Source of the DNA: Chloroflexota bacterium
GTDB taxonomy: Bacteria > Chloroflexota > UBA11872 > VXOZ01
Direction: 5' to 3'
Assembly: GCA_963662335.2 (NCBI GenBank)
Contig: CAXXVD010000003.1
Location: 192,001-256,000 of the forward strand
DNA length: 64,000 nucleotides
Shown: one piece after another, positions 37,659 to 47,496 of the stretch
Position numbering within the stretch: position 1 is the first letter of the stretch
How the letters are laid out: every line of letters starts with the position of its first letter
Made by a program: the position numbers and the translations under genes
Notes under the pieces: generated by a model
What the model was told of the DNA's origin: nothing
What the model saw: only the letters and a program-made list of their open reading frames with translations
Databases searched by the model: none

Positions 37659-39851
37659 TCAGCGGTCCTCGCCGGTGGCGTCCATCACGTAGATCTCATA
37701 GTTCCCGTCGCGGTTGGAGACGAACGCAATGCGCCGGCCGTCGGGTGACCAGGCGGGATCGCCATCATACGCGTTGTTGTAGGTGAGACGTTTGAGGCCG
37801 GAGCCGTCGGCGTTCATCACGTAGATCTCACTGTTCCCGTCGCGGTCGGAGGTGAACGCGATGCGCCGGCCGTCGTGGGACCAGGTGGGAAAATCATCCG
37901 TAGCGTTGTGGCGGGTGAGGCGGCGGACGTTAGAGCCGGTATCGGACATTACGTAGATCTCATAGTTCCCGTCGCGATTGGAGACGAACGCAATGCGCCG
38001 GCCGTAAGGGTCCCAGGCGGGTTCGCCGTCCCACGCGTTGTCGTTGGTGAGGCGGCGGAGGTAGCGGCCGTTCCTATCCATCGTGTAGATCTCATTGTTC
38101 CCGTCGCGGTCGGAGACGAACGCGAGCCAGTTGTTGCGGTTCCACGCGGGTTCGCCATCCCAATCGTCGTTGTTGGTGAGGCGGTTGGGGGAGCCGCGGC
38201 CTTGTGTGGAGTCTCCTGTCCGGTAGATCTCAGCATTCCCGTCGCGGTTGGAGACGAACGCGACCTGCTTGTCAGAGATGTTGTCCCAGGAGGGATAGTA
38301 GTCGTCGGCGTCGTTGCTGGTGAGGCGGCGCATCTGGGAGCCGTCGGCTCTCATCTCGAAGATGTTCCAGTTCCCGTCGCGGAGAGATGCGAACACGATG
38401 CTCCGGCCGTGGTTGGACCAGGCGGGGGCCTCATCCTTATTGGGGTTGTTTGTAAGGCGGATGACCGACGCTGGCGTAGCGGTAGGCACGGGCGTGGGTG
38501 CAACCCCAGGTGTGGGCGTAGCGATTGGCGCGGGTATAGCCCTCGGTGTGGGCGTAACCATAGGCGTTGGTCTAGCCGGCTCGCCGGAGGCGTTCATCAC
38601 GTGGATCGCCCAGTTCCTGCCGCGGTCGGAGATGAAGGCGATGCGCCGGCCGTCGGGGGACCAGGCAGGAAACAAATCCACAGCGTCGTTGTGGGTAAGG
38701 CGGGTGAGGCCGGAGCCGTCGGCGTTCATCACGTAGACCTCAAAGTTCCCATCGCGGTTGGAGATGAACGCGATGCGCCGGCCGTCGGGGGACCAGGCGG
38801 GGCCGCCATCCACATAGTCGTCGCGCGTAAGGCGGGTGAGGCCGGAACCGTCGGCGTTCATCGCGTAGATATCGGTTTTCCCGTCGCGGTAGCCTTGGAA
38901 CGCGATGCGCCGGCCGTCGGGGGACCAGGATGGCGCTAGCGCCGCAGCGACGTTGTGGCTAAGGCGGGTGCGGCCGGAGCCGTCGGCGCTCATCACGTAG
39001 ATCTGAATGCTGCTCCTGTTTTGGGGCCCTGTGCCTTCTAACGCGATGCACCGGCCGTCCGGGGACCAGGCGGGGGCGCCATCCTCATAGTCGTTGCGGG
39101 TAAGGCGGGTGAGGCCGGAGCCGTCGGCGTTCATCACGTAGATCTCGGAGCCCCCGTCGCGCTGGGAGACGAAGGCGATGCGCCGGCCGTCGGGGGACCA
39201 GGCGGGGGTCTTATCATCAGCGGCGCTGTGGGTGAGGCGGATGAGGCCGGAGCCGTTGGCGTTCATCACGTAGATATCAGTGTTCCCGTCGCGGTGGCCT
39301 TCGAATGCAATGCGCCGGCCGTCGGGGGACCAGGATAGCGTTCCTGCCGCATTGACGTTGTGGGGGAGGCGGGTGGCCGGCGCCGGCGCGGGTATGCTCG
39401 CAGGATTGCGCGCAGCGGAAGGCGCTGGCGTGCATGCGCCTCCAGGTTGGGGCGCAGCGGTAGGCGCAGGCGCGGGTGTGGCGGCAGGCATCGGCCTTGG
39501 CGTAGCTACCGCCCCGCCGGGCGCATAATCGGCTTCCCACTCGAACCGCTCGGTGTTGAGCCGCATCACCAGGCCGTTGGGGCCGTTTAGCCACGTGCGG
39601 TAACCGTCGGTGAACGCCGTCCAGTTGTCGGCCTTGCGCCAGGCCATCAGGCCGCCGGTTGTGCGTTGGTTGCTATCGCCAATGGCGTTGTAGTGCTCGT
39701 TCTCCAGGCAGTCGCCGACGATGTCGTGGCCAATAAGGTCGCGCAGGGTCTTGAAGCCAAGCCTGAACTCGCAATCCGCGGCCGCGGCCGTGCTTGCCGC
39801 GAGAATTGTCAGAAGAATCCCAAGAATCAGCGCACCGAGATATTTCTGCAT
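37659..39851 (-). CDS. Secreted protein: conserved N-terminal module + two 6-bladed TolB/PD40 beta-propellers
   Basis: 12 repeats [26 protein letters not shown] in two blocks of 6 separated by a Pro/Thr linker. Confidence 0.9.
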   Translation of the reverse strand: MQKYLGALILGILLTILAASTAAAADCEFRLGFKTLRDLIGHDIVGDCLENEHYNAIGDSNQRTTGGLMAWRKADNWTAFTDGYRTWLNGPNGLVMRLNTERFEWEADYAPGGAVATPRPMPAATPAPAPTAAPQPGGACTPAPSAARNPASIPAPAPATRLPHNVNAAGTLSWSPDGRRIAFEGHRDGNTDIYVMNANGSGLIRLTHSAADDKTPAWSPDGRRIAFVSQRDGGSEIYVMNADGSGLTRLTRNDYEDGAPAWSPDGRCIALEGTGPQNRSSIQIYVMSADGSGRTRLSHNVAAALAPSWSPDGRRIAFQGYRDGKTDIYAMNADGSGLTRLTRDDYVDGGPAWSPDGRRIAFISNRDGNFEVYVMNADGSGLTRLTHNDAVDLFPAWSPDGRRIAFISDRGRNWAIHVMNASGEPARPTPMVTPTPRAIPAPIATPTPGVAPTPVPTATPASVIRLTNNPNKDEAPAWSNHGRSIVFASLRDGNWNIFEMRADGSQMRRLTSNDADDYYPSWDNISDKQVAFVSNRDGNAEIYRTGDSTQGRGSPNRLTNNDDWDGEPAWNRNNWLAFVSDRDGNNEIYTMDRNGRYLRRLTNDNAWDGEPAWDPYGRRIAFVSNRDGNYEIYVMSDTGSNVRRLTRHNATDDFPTWSHDGRRIAFTSDRDGNSEIYVMNADGSGLKRLTYNNAYDGDPAWSPDGRRIAFVSNRDGNYEIYVMDATGEDR

Positions 39852-40103
39852 GGCGGCCTCGTGCTTACGTTGTAAACCTTCTAATTCAGCATAAGGTTAC
39901 TAGCATATGAAATATCCGTCAAGGCGCTCTTCAGGGTGACGCTTCGCTGCGCTCTATGCGGAATGGCTGGTATGCCAACACACCGAAACGACCAAACCTC
40001 CATCCCCAATCTCGTCTAAGATGAAGGGGACGGATTGAAGCGGTAAGCGTAAGCGGCACAGCGTAGACCGCGCATGACGCGCGGCGCAGAGGAGCGAGAC
40101 CCA

Positions 40104-41930
40104 ATGGCAGATGCACAGACGGCAGCAAGCGCGCAGCAATCCACCGGCGCGGAGTGGGTGCGCTGGGACCTGGCCGACCTCTACGCCGGGCCGGATGATC
40201 CGGCCATCGAGGCGGACTTCAAGGCGGCGTTGGCGCGGGCGGAGGCGTTTCAGGAGGCCTATCGGGGTCGGATTGCGGCGGGGAAGATTACGCCGGACGA
40301 GTTTCTGGCGGCGGTTGAGGAAATCGAGCAGATCTTCATGGACGCGCACAAGGGGGTCATGTACGCGCATCTGGTCTTTTCGGTGGATACGGCGGAGCCG
40401 GCGCACGGGGCCTTGCTCCAGCGCACCGAGGAGCAGGCCACGCAGGTGCAGAACGCGCTGCTCTTCTTCGACGTGGAATGGCGGCAGGCGGACGACGCCT
40501 TTGCCGAGCGCATTCTGGCGCATCCGCCGCTGGCGCGCTACGCCCACTCCCTGCGGCACGAGCGCGCATTCGCGCCCCACACGCTCACGGAGGCCGAGGA
40601 GAAGCTGGACGCCGAGAAGCGGCTGACCGGCATCAGCGCCTTCCAGCGGCTCTTCGACGAGCGCACCGGCCGCCTGCGCCGGACCATGACGCTGGACGGC
40701 GAGCGCAAGGAGATGAACGAGACCGAACTGCTGGCGCTGCTCTACCACGACGACCGCGGCGTGCGGCGGCGCGCGCAGGCGGCCATGACCAAGGCTCTGC
40801 AGGGCGACAGCCACGTGCTGACCTTCATCTTCAACGTGGCGGCGCAGGAAAAGGCGATCGAGGACCGCCTGCGCAGTTTCCCGGACCCCATGTCGTCGCG
40901 CAACCTGGCCAACGAGGTGGACGACGCCACGGCCCACGCCATGCTGGACGCCGTGACCGCGCGCTACGCGATTGTGGCCGACTACTACGCCCTGAAGCGC
41001 CGCATGTTGGGCTACCGCACGCTCTACGACTACGACCGCTACGCGCCGGTCTTTCCGCCGCCGGCCGGCGGGGTGGACTTTGGCGAGGCCAAGGCGCTGG
41101 TGCTGGACGCCTACCACGCCTTTTCGCCCGAGGTGGGGGAACTGGCGGCGGAGTTCTTTGCGGAGAAGTGGATCGACGCCGCCGTGCTGCCCAACAAGCG
41201 CGGCGGGGCCTACTGCCAGCCCTGCCTGCCCAGCCTGCACCCGTACGTCTTCCTCAGCTACACCGGCAACCAGCGCGACGTGATGACCCTGGCCCACGAG
41301 CTTGGCCACGGCGTCCACGCGCGGCTCTCACGCGGGCAGCCGTACCTGGAATTCGACACGTCGCTGGTGGTGGCGGAACTTGCCAGCACGTTTGGCGAGA
41401 TGCTGACCTTCCACGCGCTCATGGAACGCGCCACCGATCCGCGCGTGCGCCTGAGCCTGCTGGCGCAGAAGATCGAGGATTCGTTCGCCACGGTCTTCCG
41501 CCAGGCGGCGATGCACCGCTTCGAGTACGCGCTGCACACCCGCCGCCGCGCAGAGGGCGAACTGACGGCGGAAACCATCGGCGACATCTGGCTGGAACAC
41601 CAGTCGGCGATGTTTGGCGACTCGGTGACGATGACGGAGAACTACCGCCACTGGTGGGCCTACATCCCCCACTTCATCCACGTGCCGTTCTACGTCTACG
41701 CCTACCCCTTTGGCGAACTGCTGGCGCTCTCGCTCTACCGCGCCTACCAACAGGAAGGCAACCGCTTCGTGGCCGAGTACCGCGGCATGTTGGCCGCCGG
41801 CGGCAGCGAGTCCCCGGCCCAACTCATGCAACGCGCCAACATCGATACCGCCAACCCCGATTTCTGGCTCGGCGGCCTGGATATCATCGCGGAGATGGTG
41901 GAAGAGGCGAAGAGCCTGGCAACAGCGTGA
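40104..41930 (+). CDS. pepF: M3B oligoendopeptidase F
   Basis: WDLADLY, KRGGAYC, TLAHELGHGVH, AELAS.FGE, IPHFIH.PFYVYAY. Confidence 0.85.
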   Translation: MADAQTAASAQQSTGAEWVRWDLADLYAGPDDPAIEADFKAALARAEAFQEAYRGRIAAGKITPDEFLAAVEEIEQIFMDAHKGVMYAHLVFSVDTAEPAHGALLQRTEEQATQVQNALLFFDVEWRQADDAFAERILAHPPLARYAHSLRHERAFAPHTLTEAEEKLDAEKRLTGISAFQRLFDERTGRLRRTMTLDGERKEMNETELLALLYHDDRGVRRRAQAAMTKALQGDSHVLTFIFNVAAQEKAIEDRLRSFPDPMSSRNLANEVDDATAHAMLDAVTARYAIVADYYALKRRMLGYRTLYDYDRYAPVFPPPAGGVDFGEAKALVLDAYHAFSPEVGELAAEFFAEKWIDAAVLPNKRGGAYCQPCLPSLHPYVFLSYTGNQRDVMTLAHELGHGVHARLSRGQPYLEFDTSLVVAELASTFGEMLTFHALMERATDPRVRLSLLAQKIEDSFATVFRQAAMHRFEYALHTRRRAEGELTAETIGDIWLEHQSAMFGDSVTMTENYRHWWAYIPHFIHVPFYVYAYPFGELLALSLYRAYQQEGNRFVAEYRGMLAAGGSESPAQLMQRANIDTANPDFWLGGLDIIAEMVEEAKSLATA

Positions 41931-41993
41931 CGGCAAGACAGAACCATCCGCGCAAGCGTCGCGAGAGGAGGGATTTGACAGACGTTTATGCCG

Positions 41994-44897
41994 TCAATCT
42001 TCTAAGCTCAGGAGATCAAAGAATCCCCTGCGCAGCAGGTTGTCGCGGGCGTGCTTGGCGTCTCTCTGCGCATCTTCGCTATGGCTCTGAAGACCCGCCT
42101 GAATGATGCGCTTTGCCGTCTCTTCATCAACGTAGAAGGCAGAGTCTTGGGGCGCGTCCGTTAGCTTAGCAAAACACTCGACTACCTTGTCCGTATGCTC
42201 GGGGAGCATCTCTTGCAGATTCTCAGCCGCTATCAATGCCTCACGGGAAGTCGACCCCTTGGTTGCGTCCAATACTCGAGAAAATGCGTCCAAACGCCAA
42301 TCGGCTTCCAGGCATTCGGCGTCTAGCCATCGGTAGAATTGACTTAACTCACTAGTGTCTCCGGCTCCCAGCCGCCACTCGAAGAAGTCGATGAATACAC
42401 GTGTTAGCTGCTCATCCAGCGGCCCTTTGGTGTTCCTGAGCAAGAGACCAATGTGCCTGAGCAAGTTCGACCAACGCTCACGATCGGCTTTTGTGCTCTC
42501 ATAGAAACGCTCTAAGAAGCTGGCTTCGCCTTTGAGCGGATACAGTCCCCAAACGAAATAGAAGAACAGGTGTTGGCCAAGCCTATCTGGCAATAGTGTG
42601 TCCGAGTCGTCTTGCCCCCCTAACTCAGCCAAGTGCTGAATCGCATAGTCATACTCGTGCTGGAGAACTTCAAATGACGGTTTGCTTGGGCGAGTGTACC
42701 GCAGAAAGCTGCCAAATGCTTCCCGCCACGCAGGCAGTGAGGTCTGAGGGAAGAAATCCGTTCTATGCGCAGCGGCCCACGCTCCTTCAAGGTATAGCAG
42801 CCGGGGATAGCATGTGCCCAACATTGCGCGCTCCGGCAGCGTCAGAGGATGCTCTGTTTCCGGGCTAAAGCGTTCCTCCAGAATTGTCGTTACCGCTCCC
42901 AGATCGGCGTTCGGGTTATTGTCCCGGATCCAAGAACCGAACTTAATCAGGCTCTCTAGCGCGCGACTGCGAGTGTTGTTGAGCGCTTCCGTCAGTTTGT
43001 TGTTGCCGTTTGCCATGACTGGTTTGTTTCGATCCAATCGCCAATCGAATTGTGTGCAGAGCGTATCCAAGAGTTTGATCAGTTGCTCTCGGTAGGAATA
43101 CGGCACATTCACTTCCTTCTCAATGCACTTGTCAATGAGGTCAACAACGGCCCGGCGCGAACTTGCCCACAAGGGATTGTCTCTGGACTGATCCCCGTAT
43201 CCTAAATCGGTCTCGCGCTCTTGATCGGGATGCAGAAGCACCCACTCGCAGAATTCCAGTGACTCCTCTAGTCTTTCAAAGTTCTTACCCGCAATGGCAT
43301 CTTTCATCACATCTACAATTGCTTTCACATAGATGGGCCGCGCAATTGCTCCACGCTTCTCAATCCAGAACTGGAGCCTACCGGCGTTAGGGAGCACCGC
43401 ATCTGTAAAGAACTCTTGAAATGCTTTCACGAGCGCTTCGATGGTGATCTCTACCAATGGATCGACACTGTCGTAGTGTTGTGCATCCCACTCGTTGATG
43501 AAGTCCAGTAGTTCCGCATCTGCCATGGCGGCAAGCTGTTCTGGTGGCTTGGGGCTTCTATCTGACACGGAGCCGACCTTAACATCGCCAAATGGCAAGT
43601 AGTCATCACTACATATCTTCTCATCGGCTTGCAGTTCCGCTTCCTGGAAGCGGGCCAGATAGTCACCGAAGAGCACATCTTCGAAGAGCCGAAACTGCAT
43701 GCGATGGAAGCGCAACTGACGAAGCCCGAACTTTTCTTCCGTGAACTTCTCGCCATGTAAATTCAGGAACTCCTCCTTCGGCGGACCATCCAAAATAGCC
43801 TTGAAAATCGAAATACGCTCCTGTTTGGTGAGTAATGCTTCTCCGAAGTGCGCACAGGCGCTTCGTACCATCTCTTGGAATTCGTAGTGATGCTCTGTAC
43901 GACCATAATCTTGATGTTCCAGGATGAGGTTCCGAATCCACGGCTTTGTTACTTCGGTAGGATTGAGCGCAAAAAGGTGTTGGCGTAGGCGCTTGAAAAT
44001 CTTCCAGCGCTGCTCACGGAGACGTTCGTCAAGGTCTGCGATAGAAGCCGGAGCCTTTTCGTAGACCTGCTCGCAAGCGAAAGTAAGGGCATTCGCAAGG
44101 TCCTCCTTGCTATCCTCATAGTCGTTACTAGCCCTGCTAAGCCGCCTGCACCACAATTCGGAAGCATCTCTATCGCCGATATCTTCTAGCTGTTCCGCAT
44201 GCATAGTCAGTCCAATCATCTCTGCCACGGCATCGATGAGTATGCAAGCCGTACGATAGGGTTCCTTCTCGGCCAGAGGACGAACACCCGAATTGAGAAT
44301 TTTACGATAACTCCACTTCTCAAATCTAGGAGAGGGGTCGAGGTCGCTGAACCAGCCACTCGGTTCCTTTCTGTACCGGTCTCGCTTTTCCCTTGCCTTG
44401 GGGTCGGGCTTGAACTGGATCAGCACATCGGTAAGCTCTAGCGCTGCATGAGTTTCGTTCTCTTTGGTCCAGTGGGCCAGCAGGCTCGGATATCTGTGAG
44501 CCATGGTCTGAAATCTTAGCCCTGCATACTCGAGCATCTTGTCCTTCAGCTTTGCTGAGTGGCTGCCTGGGAGGTCTACTGCAATATCCAAGATCTCAAC
44601 ATAGACATGCGGGTTGTCAACGCTGGGAAGGCCGGCCAGTATGCTGACAACCTGTTCCGGCACAAATCTACAGATGTTTTTAAGATATTGAAGTTCCGGC
44701 CAAAACGGGAATTGCATGTGGTCGTTCGGCAGGTCGAGCGCTTGCGGGGGAGATGCAAAATAGCCGCGCTCCACTAGGGGTTGGAGCCATAGTGGGTTCT
44801 TAAGGCGAGAGAAGAAGTGCCGGCGATCAGTTTCCCGCTTTACTGACCCTAGGGCTCTCTCTACCATCTCATCTGTTGGTTTCTTCCAGGATGTCAT
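41994..44897 (-). CDS. large hypothetical alpha-helical protein (967 aa), putative defence-system sensor/scaffold
   Basis: Long intact low-GC ORF; FFSRLKNPLWLQPL..RGYF..PP N-terminus; no NTPase or nuclease motif recognised; ATG overlaps upstream gene, with AAGGA SD. Confidence 0.75.
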   Translation of the reverse strand: MTSWKKPTDEMVERALGSVKRETDRRHFFSRLKNPLWLQPLVERGYFASPPQALDLPNDHMQFPFWPELQYLKNICRFVPEQVVSILAGLPSVDNPHVYVEILDIAVDLPGSHSAKLKDKMLEYAGLRFQTMAHRYPSLLAHWTKENETHAALELTDVLIQFKPDPKAREKRDRYRKEPSGWFSDLDPSPRFEKWSYRKILNSGVRPLAEKEPYRTACILIDAVAEMIGLTMHAEQLEDIGDRDASELWCRRLSRASNDYEDSKEDLANALTFACEQVYEKAPASIADLDERLREQRWKIFKRLRQHLFALNPTEVTKPWIRNLILEHQDYGRTEHHYEFQEMVRSACAHFGEALLTKQERISIFKAILDGPPKEEFLNLHGEKFTEEKFGLRQLRFHRMQFRLFEDVLFGDYLARFQEAELQADEKICSDDYLPFGDVKVGSVSDRSPKPPEQLAAMADAELLDFINEWDAQHYDSVDPLVEITIEALVKAFQEFFTDAVLPNAGRLQFWIEKRGAIARPIYVKAIVDVMKDAIAGKNFERLEESLEFCEWVLLHPDQERETDLGYGDQSRDNPLWASSRRAVVDLIDKCIEKEVNVPYSYREQLIKLLDTLCTQFDWRLDRNKPVMANGNNKLTEALNNTRSRALESLIKFGSWIRDNNPNADLGAVTTILEERFSPETEHPLTLPERAMLGTCYPRLLYLEGAWAAAHRTDFFPQTSLPAWREAFGSFLRYTRPSKPSFEVLQHEYDYAIQHLAELGGQDDSDTLLPDRLGQHLFFYFVWGLYPLKGEASFLERFYESTKADRERWSNLLRHIGLLLRNTKGPLDEQLTRVFIDFFEWRLGAGDTSELSQFYRWLDAECLEADWRLDAFSRVLDATKGSTSREALIAAENLQEMLPEHTDKVVECFAKLTDAPQDSAFYVDEETAKRIIQAGLQSHSEDAQRDAKHARDNLLRRGFFDLLSLED

Positions 44898-45531
44898 TGA
44901 CTTCCTTTAGTCGCTCGAATGTGCTTGCTGCAACGTATAGCGCCGAGTGAAGCGTTTGAAAGTGCTTCTCAATCTGGTGTTGTTCATCTTCGGAGAAGCA
45001 GCCCCTCCGGCAATGTGTGTGCGCCTGGAACCAACTCTTCGCTTCCTTCCAATCCTTTGCCAGGTTCTTAGGAATCATGTCAATATATTCGTAGTCTAAG
45101 AAGGTCCGAAAAAACAGGTAGTTGGCTGCGTTGTCTCTTTTGCTACCTTCTGCATGTTCCTCGAGTAGCTTCTTGACCTTTGAGCAGGCCTCGTAGGTGA
45201 CCACGTGTCCTTCCAAATTATCGTGCTCTCCAGACCCATGACCGCCGGTCACGAGCCCGGGGCCTCCCCATTCGTCTCTCCACACCTCCGTTATGTCGTT
45301 CGCATGCCGACGGTACTGCACTTGGGGTGAACTGGTTCCTGCGACAGTCCCAGCTAGATAGTTCATAAAGTCTCTGCCGACATGCGAGACAAAGGTAATG
45401 TAACCAGGCGTTCTGGCGTTCAGAAGATGGACGGCCGCTTCATAGGCCTCAGCGAATACAGGCAAGTCTAGTTCATCGCGTAGCCAGTCATAGACCCTCT
45501 GTTGTTGTGATGTGAGGTTAGTCGTCGGCAA
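44869..45531 (-). CDS. hypothetical protein, HEPN-like
   Basis: AEAYEAAVHLL...SHVGRDFMNYL and WFQAHTH resemble HEPN helices/His motif; low GC. Confidence 0.55.
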   Translation of the reverse strand: MPTTNLTSQQQRVYDWLRDELDLPVFAEAYEAAVHLLNARTPGYITFVSHVGRDFMNYLAGTVAGTSSPQVQYRRHANDITEVWRDEWGGPGLVTGGHGSGEHDNLEGHVVTYEACSKVKKLLEEHAEGSKRDNAANYLFFRTFLDYEYIDMIPKNLAKDWKEAKSWFQAHTHCRRGCFSEDEQHQIEKHFQTLHSALYVAASTFERLKEVNDILEETNR

Positions 45532-45552
45532 GCACGCACTTCCTTATGCCTT

Positions 45553-47028
45553 CTAGATGAATCTACCCGCACTCTGCATCTTGCTCAACTCGTTGATCAA
45601 GTACTCCTGCGGCCTGTCGCCTTTCGTGCGGTTGCAGTGGCTGCACAGCAGTTGCAGATTGTCCATGTGATCGGTGCCGCCGCGTGACTGCGGGATGACG
45701 TGATCGACTTCCAGCACCTTGAACGGAAACTCCATCTTGCAGCCGTTACACTGGCCCTCTTGCTTGCCAAAGAGCACGTGCTTGTTCCGGCGGTAGTGCA
45801 CCGGCGTATCGATGTCGGTGCGCTTGGGTATGTCGGTGCGGGACGTGACCAGCCGGTCGTGAAACAAATCGCCCATAGAGTCCGCCAGCCGGAATCTGAC
45901 AAGTTCGCCGGCTTTCGGCGACAGGTCGATACCAACCCACTTGCGCCCCAGCGTCTCGGCGGCAACGCAGGCGGTGGCGCACCCGCAAAACGGGTCTAAC
46001 ACCACGTCGCCGGGGTTGCTGCTGGCCGTGATGATGCGCTCCAGCAGCGCCAACGGCTTTTGTGTTGGGTATCCGAGACGCTCTCTAGCATGGGTCTGCA
46101 CGGGTAGAATGTCGCTCATGACGTCGTTGCACTTTGGCCCCGGCGATGATTCAAGGTACCGCTTCAGGGCCGGCACACCGCCTTTCTTCTTCGGCCAGTA
46201 GAGCATCCCGGCCTCGTCTAATGCGTTCAGGCGGTCATGGATTCCCTCGATGCTCTTGTAGCCTTCGATTACGTTTGCATCTATCCAGTCGGCATAGGCC
46301 CCGGTGCGTGGAACCGACCAGCAGCGACCGGCATCGGTCGGATCCACCCCTCTCCATGGTTCACCGCTTTGCCCAGCTGACGTGCCCGGCCCCGTCAGAT
46401 CGGACTGCCTGAATTGCCCCCGCTCGTCCTCGTGGCGGTAGAACTTTCGGATATACTCGGCATCATGCGGAATGAACGTGTTGTTCCAGGTTGCGCCTTG
46501 ACCCGCGTAGTAGTAGAGCAGCACGTCATGGACACGCCCAAACCGATTGCCGTCCGAGCGTCCGGTCGTCCGCTTCCAAGCGATTTCGTTCCTGAAGTTC
46601 GCCGCGCCAAAGATGCTGTCCATCAGCAGTTTCAAGTAGTGGCTCGCCGTGGGGTCGCAGTGCAGATAGATGCTGCCATTCTCTTTTAGTACGCGCTTCA
46701 TCTCCAACAGCCGCACGGTCATCATGCACAAGTAAGACTGCATCCCCTTACCGTGCGACAGGCCGGCGGTCTCGATGACCCTGTAGACGGCGGGCTGCTC
46801 ATCGGCAATCAGTCCCATCCACGCAACATCCAGATCGGAAAGCGTCCACGTATCCTTGAACGCCGCCCCCGCCGCCACGCTCCCCACCGGCGCCGCATAG
46901 GTCCGATTGGAATTGAACGGCGGGTCAAGGTAGATGAGATCGACGCAGTTGCTATTCAGCCCCCGCAGGATGTCGAGGTTGTCACCCGTCCAGATTGTCC
47001 GATTCGCAAAGTTGGGTTCTGTGCTCAC
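45553..47028 (-). CDS. beta-class N6/N4 DNA methyltransferase fused to C-terminal HNH endonuclease
   Basis: [37 protein letters not shown]; C-terminal CNGC...[30 protein letters not shown]. Confidence 0.9.
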   Translation of the reverse strand: MSTEPNFANRTIWTGDNLDILRGLNSNCVDLIYLDPPFNSNRTYAAPVGSVAAGAAFKDTWTLSDLDVAWMGLIADEQPAVYRVIETAGLSHGKGMQSYLCMMTVRLLEMKRVLKENGSIYLHCDPTASHYLKLLMDSIFGAANFRNEIAWKRTTGRSDGNRFGRVHDVLLYYYAGQGATWNNTFIPHDAEYIRKFYRHEDERGQFRQSDLTGPGTSAGQSGEPWRGVDPTDAGRCWSVPRTGAYADWIDANVIEGYKSIEGIHDRLNALDEAGMLYWPKKKGGVPALKRYLESSPGPKCNDVMSDILPVQTHARERLGYPTQKPLALLERIITASSNPGDVVLDPFCGCATACVAAETLGRKWVGIDLSPKAGELVRFRLADSMGDLFHDRLVTSRTDIPKRTDIDTPVHYRRNKHVLFGKQEGQCNGCKMEFPFKVLEVDHVIPQSRGGTDHMDNLQLLCSHCNRTKGDRPQEYLINELSKMQSAGRFI

Positions 47029-47088
47029 TGCTTCTGCCCGACGCGCTTGTTAAGGTTTGGTACGCGATAGCCGCTTGTTCGACGAGGC

Positions 47089-47412
47089 TTAGGAGACCTT
47101 GTCGTGCTTCTCGGAGAGAGGGGTCTGGTCAGTCGAGGGCAGGCCGGCCTGGTCCATTTCGTATTCGATAATCGCACTTGGGCTGGGCGGGTCGATTGGG
47201 TAGTGCTCGTCTTCGTAGAGTTCGATTTGGCTGAAGAGAGCATCAAGTTCGATTCTGTCAGGGTGATTCGGATCCGTCTCTTGCCCTTGGGTCCCTGTCA
47301 GGGCATCCATGAGTTCGGAAACTCGGGCCAAAGCCGCATCGTAGTCGGCCTCGTTGCGGATTTGCTCGCTTCTCATAGTTACACTGAGCGTCCTCTTGGC
47401 AATAATGCGCAC
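47089..47412 (-). pseudogene. collapsed higBA toxin-antitoxin remnant
   Basis: MRIIAKRTL (HigB start) joined to HigA N-terminus IRNEADYDAAL...YEDEHYPIDPP...MDQAGL; HTH region degenerate, with stop after KVS. Confidence 0.65.
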
Positions 47413-47496
47413 AACGAGTGTTCAATGCTCCCCACTTAGGGCCAATTATACACGCTGCCGCTGGCGGCGCCGCCGGCGCAATGCTGATTCCCACCG

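Noticed and set aside
36153-39851. Diversity-generating retroelement or gene-conversion cassettes behind the repeated N-terminal module
   Set aside because: No reverse transcriptase; differences between copies are mostly synonymous and not adenine-specific.
44869-44897. Programmed frameshift fusing the HEPN-like and 967-aa ORFs
   Set aside because: The second ORF has its own ATG with an AAGGA SD and there is no canonical slippery heptamer; translational coupling is the simpler reading.
47414-47425. LexA box (GAAC-N4-GTTC) upstream of the higBA relic, and near-matches at ~25570 and ~30543
   Set aside because: Each has a mismatch or the wrong spacing; not distinguishable from chance.
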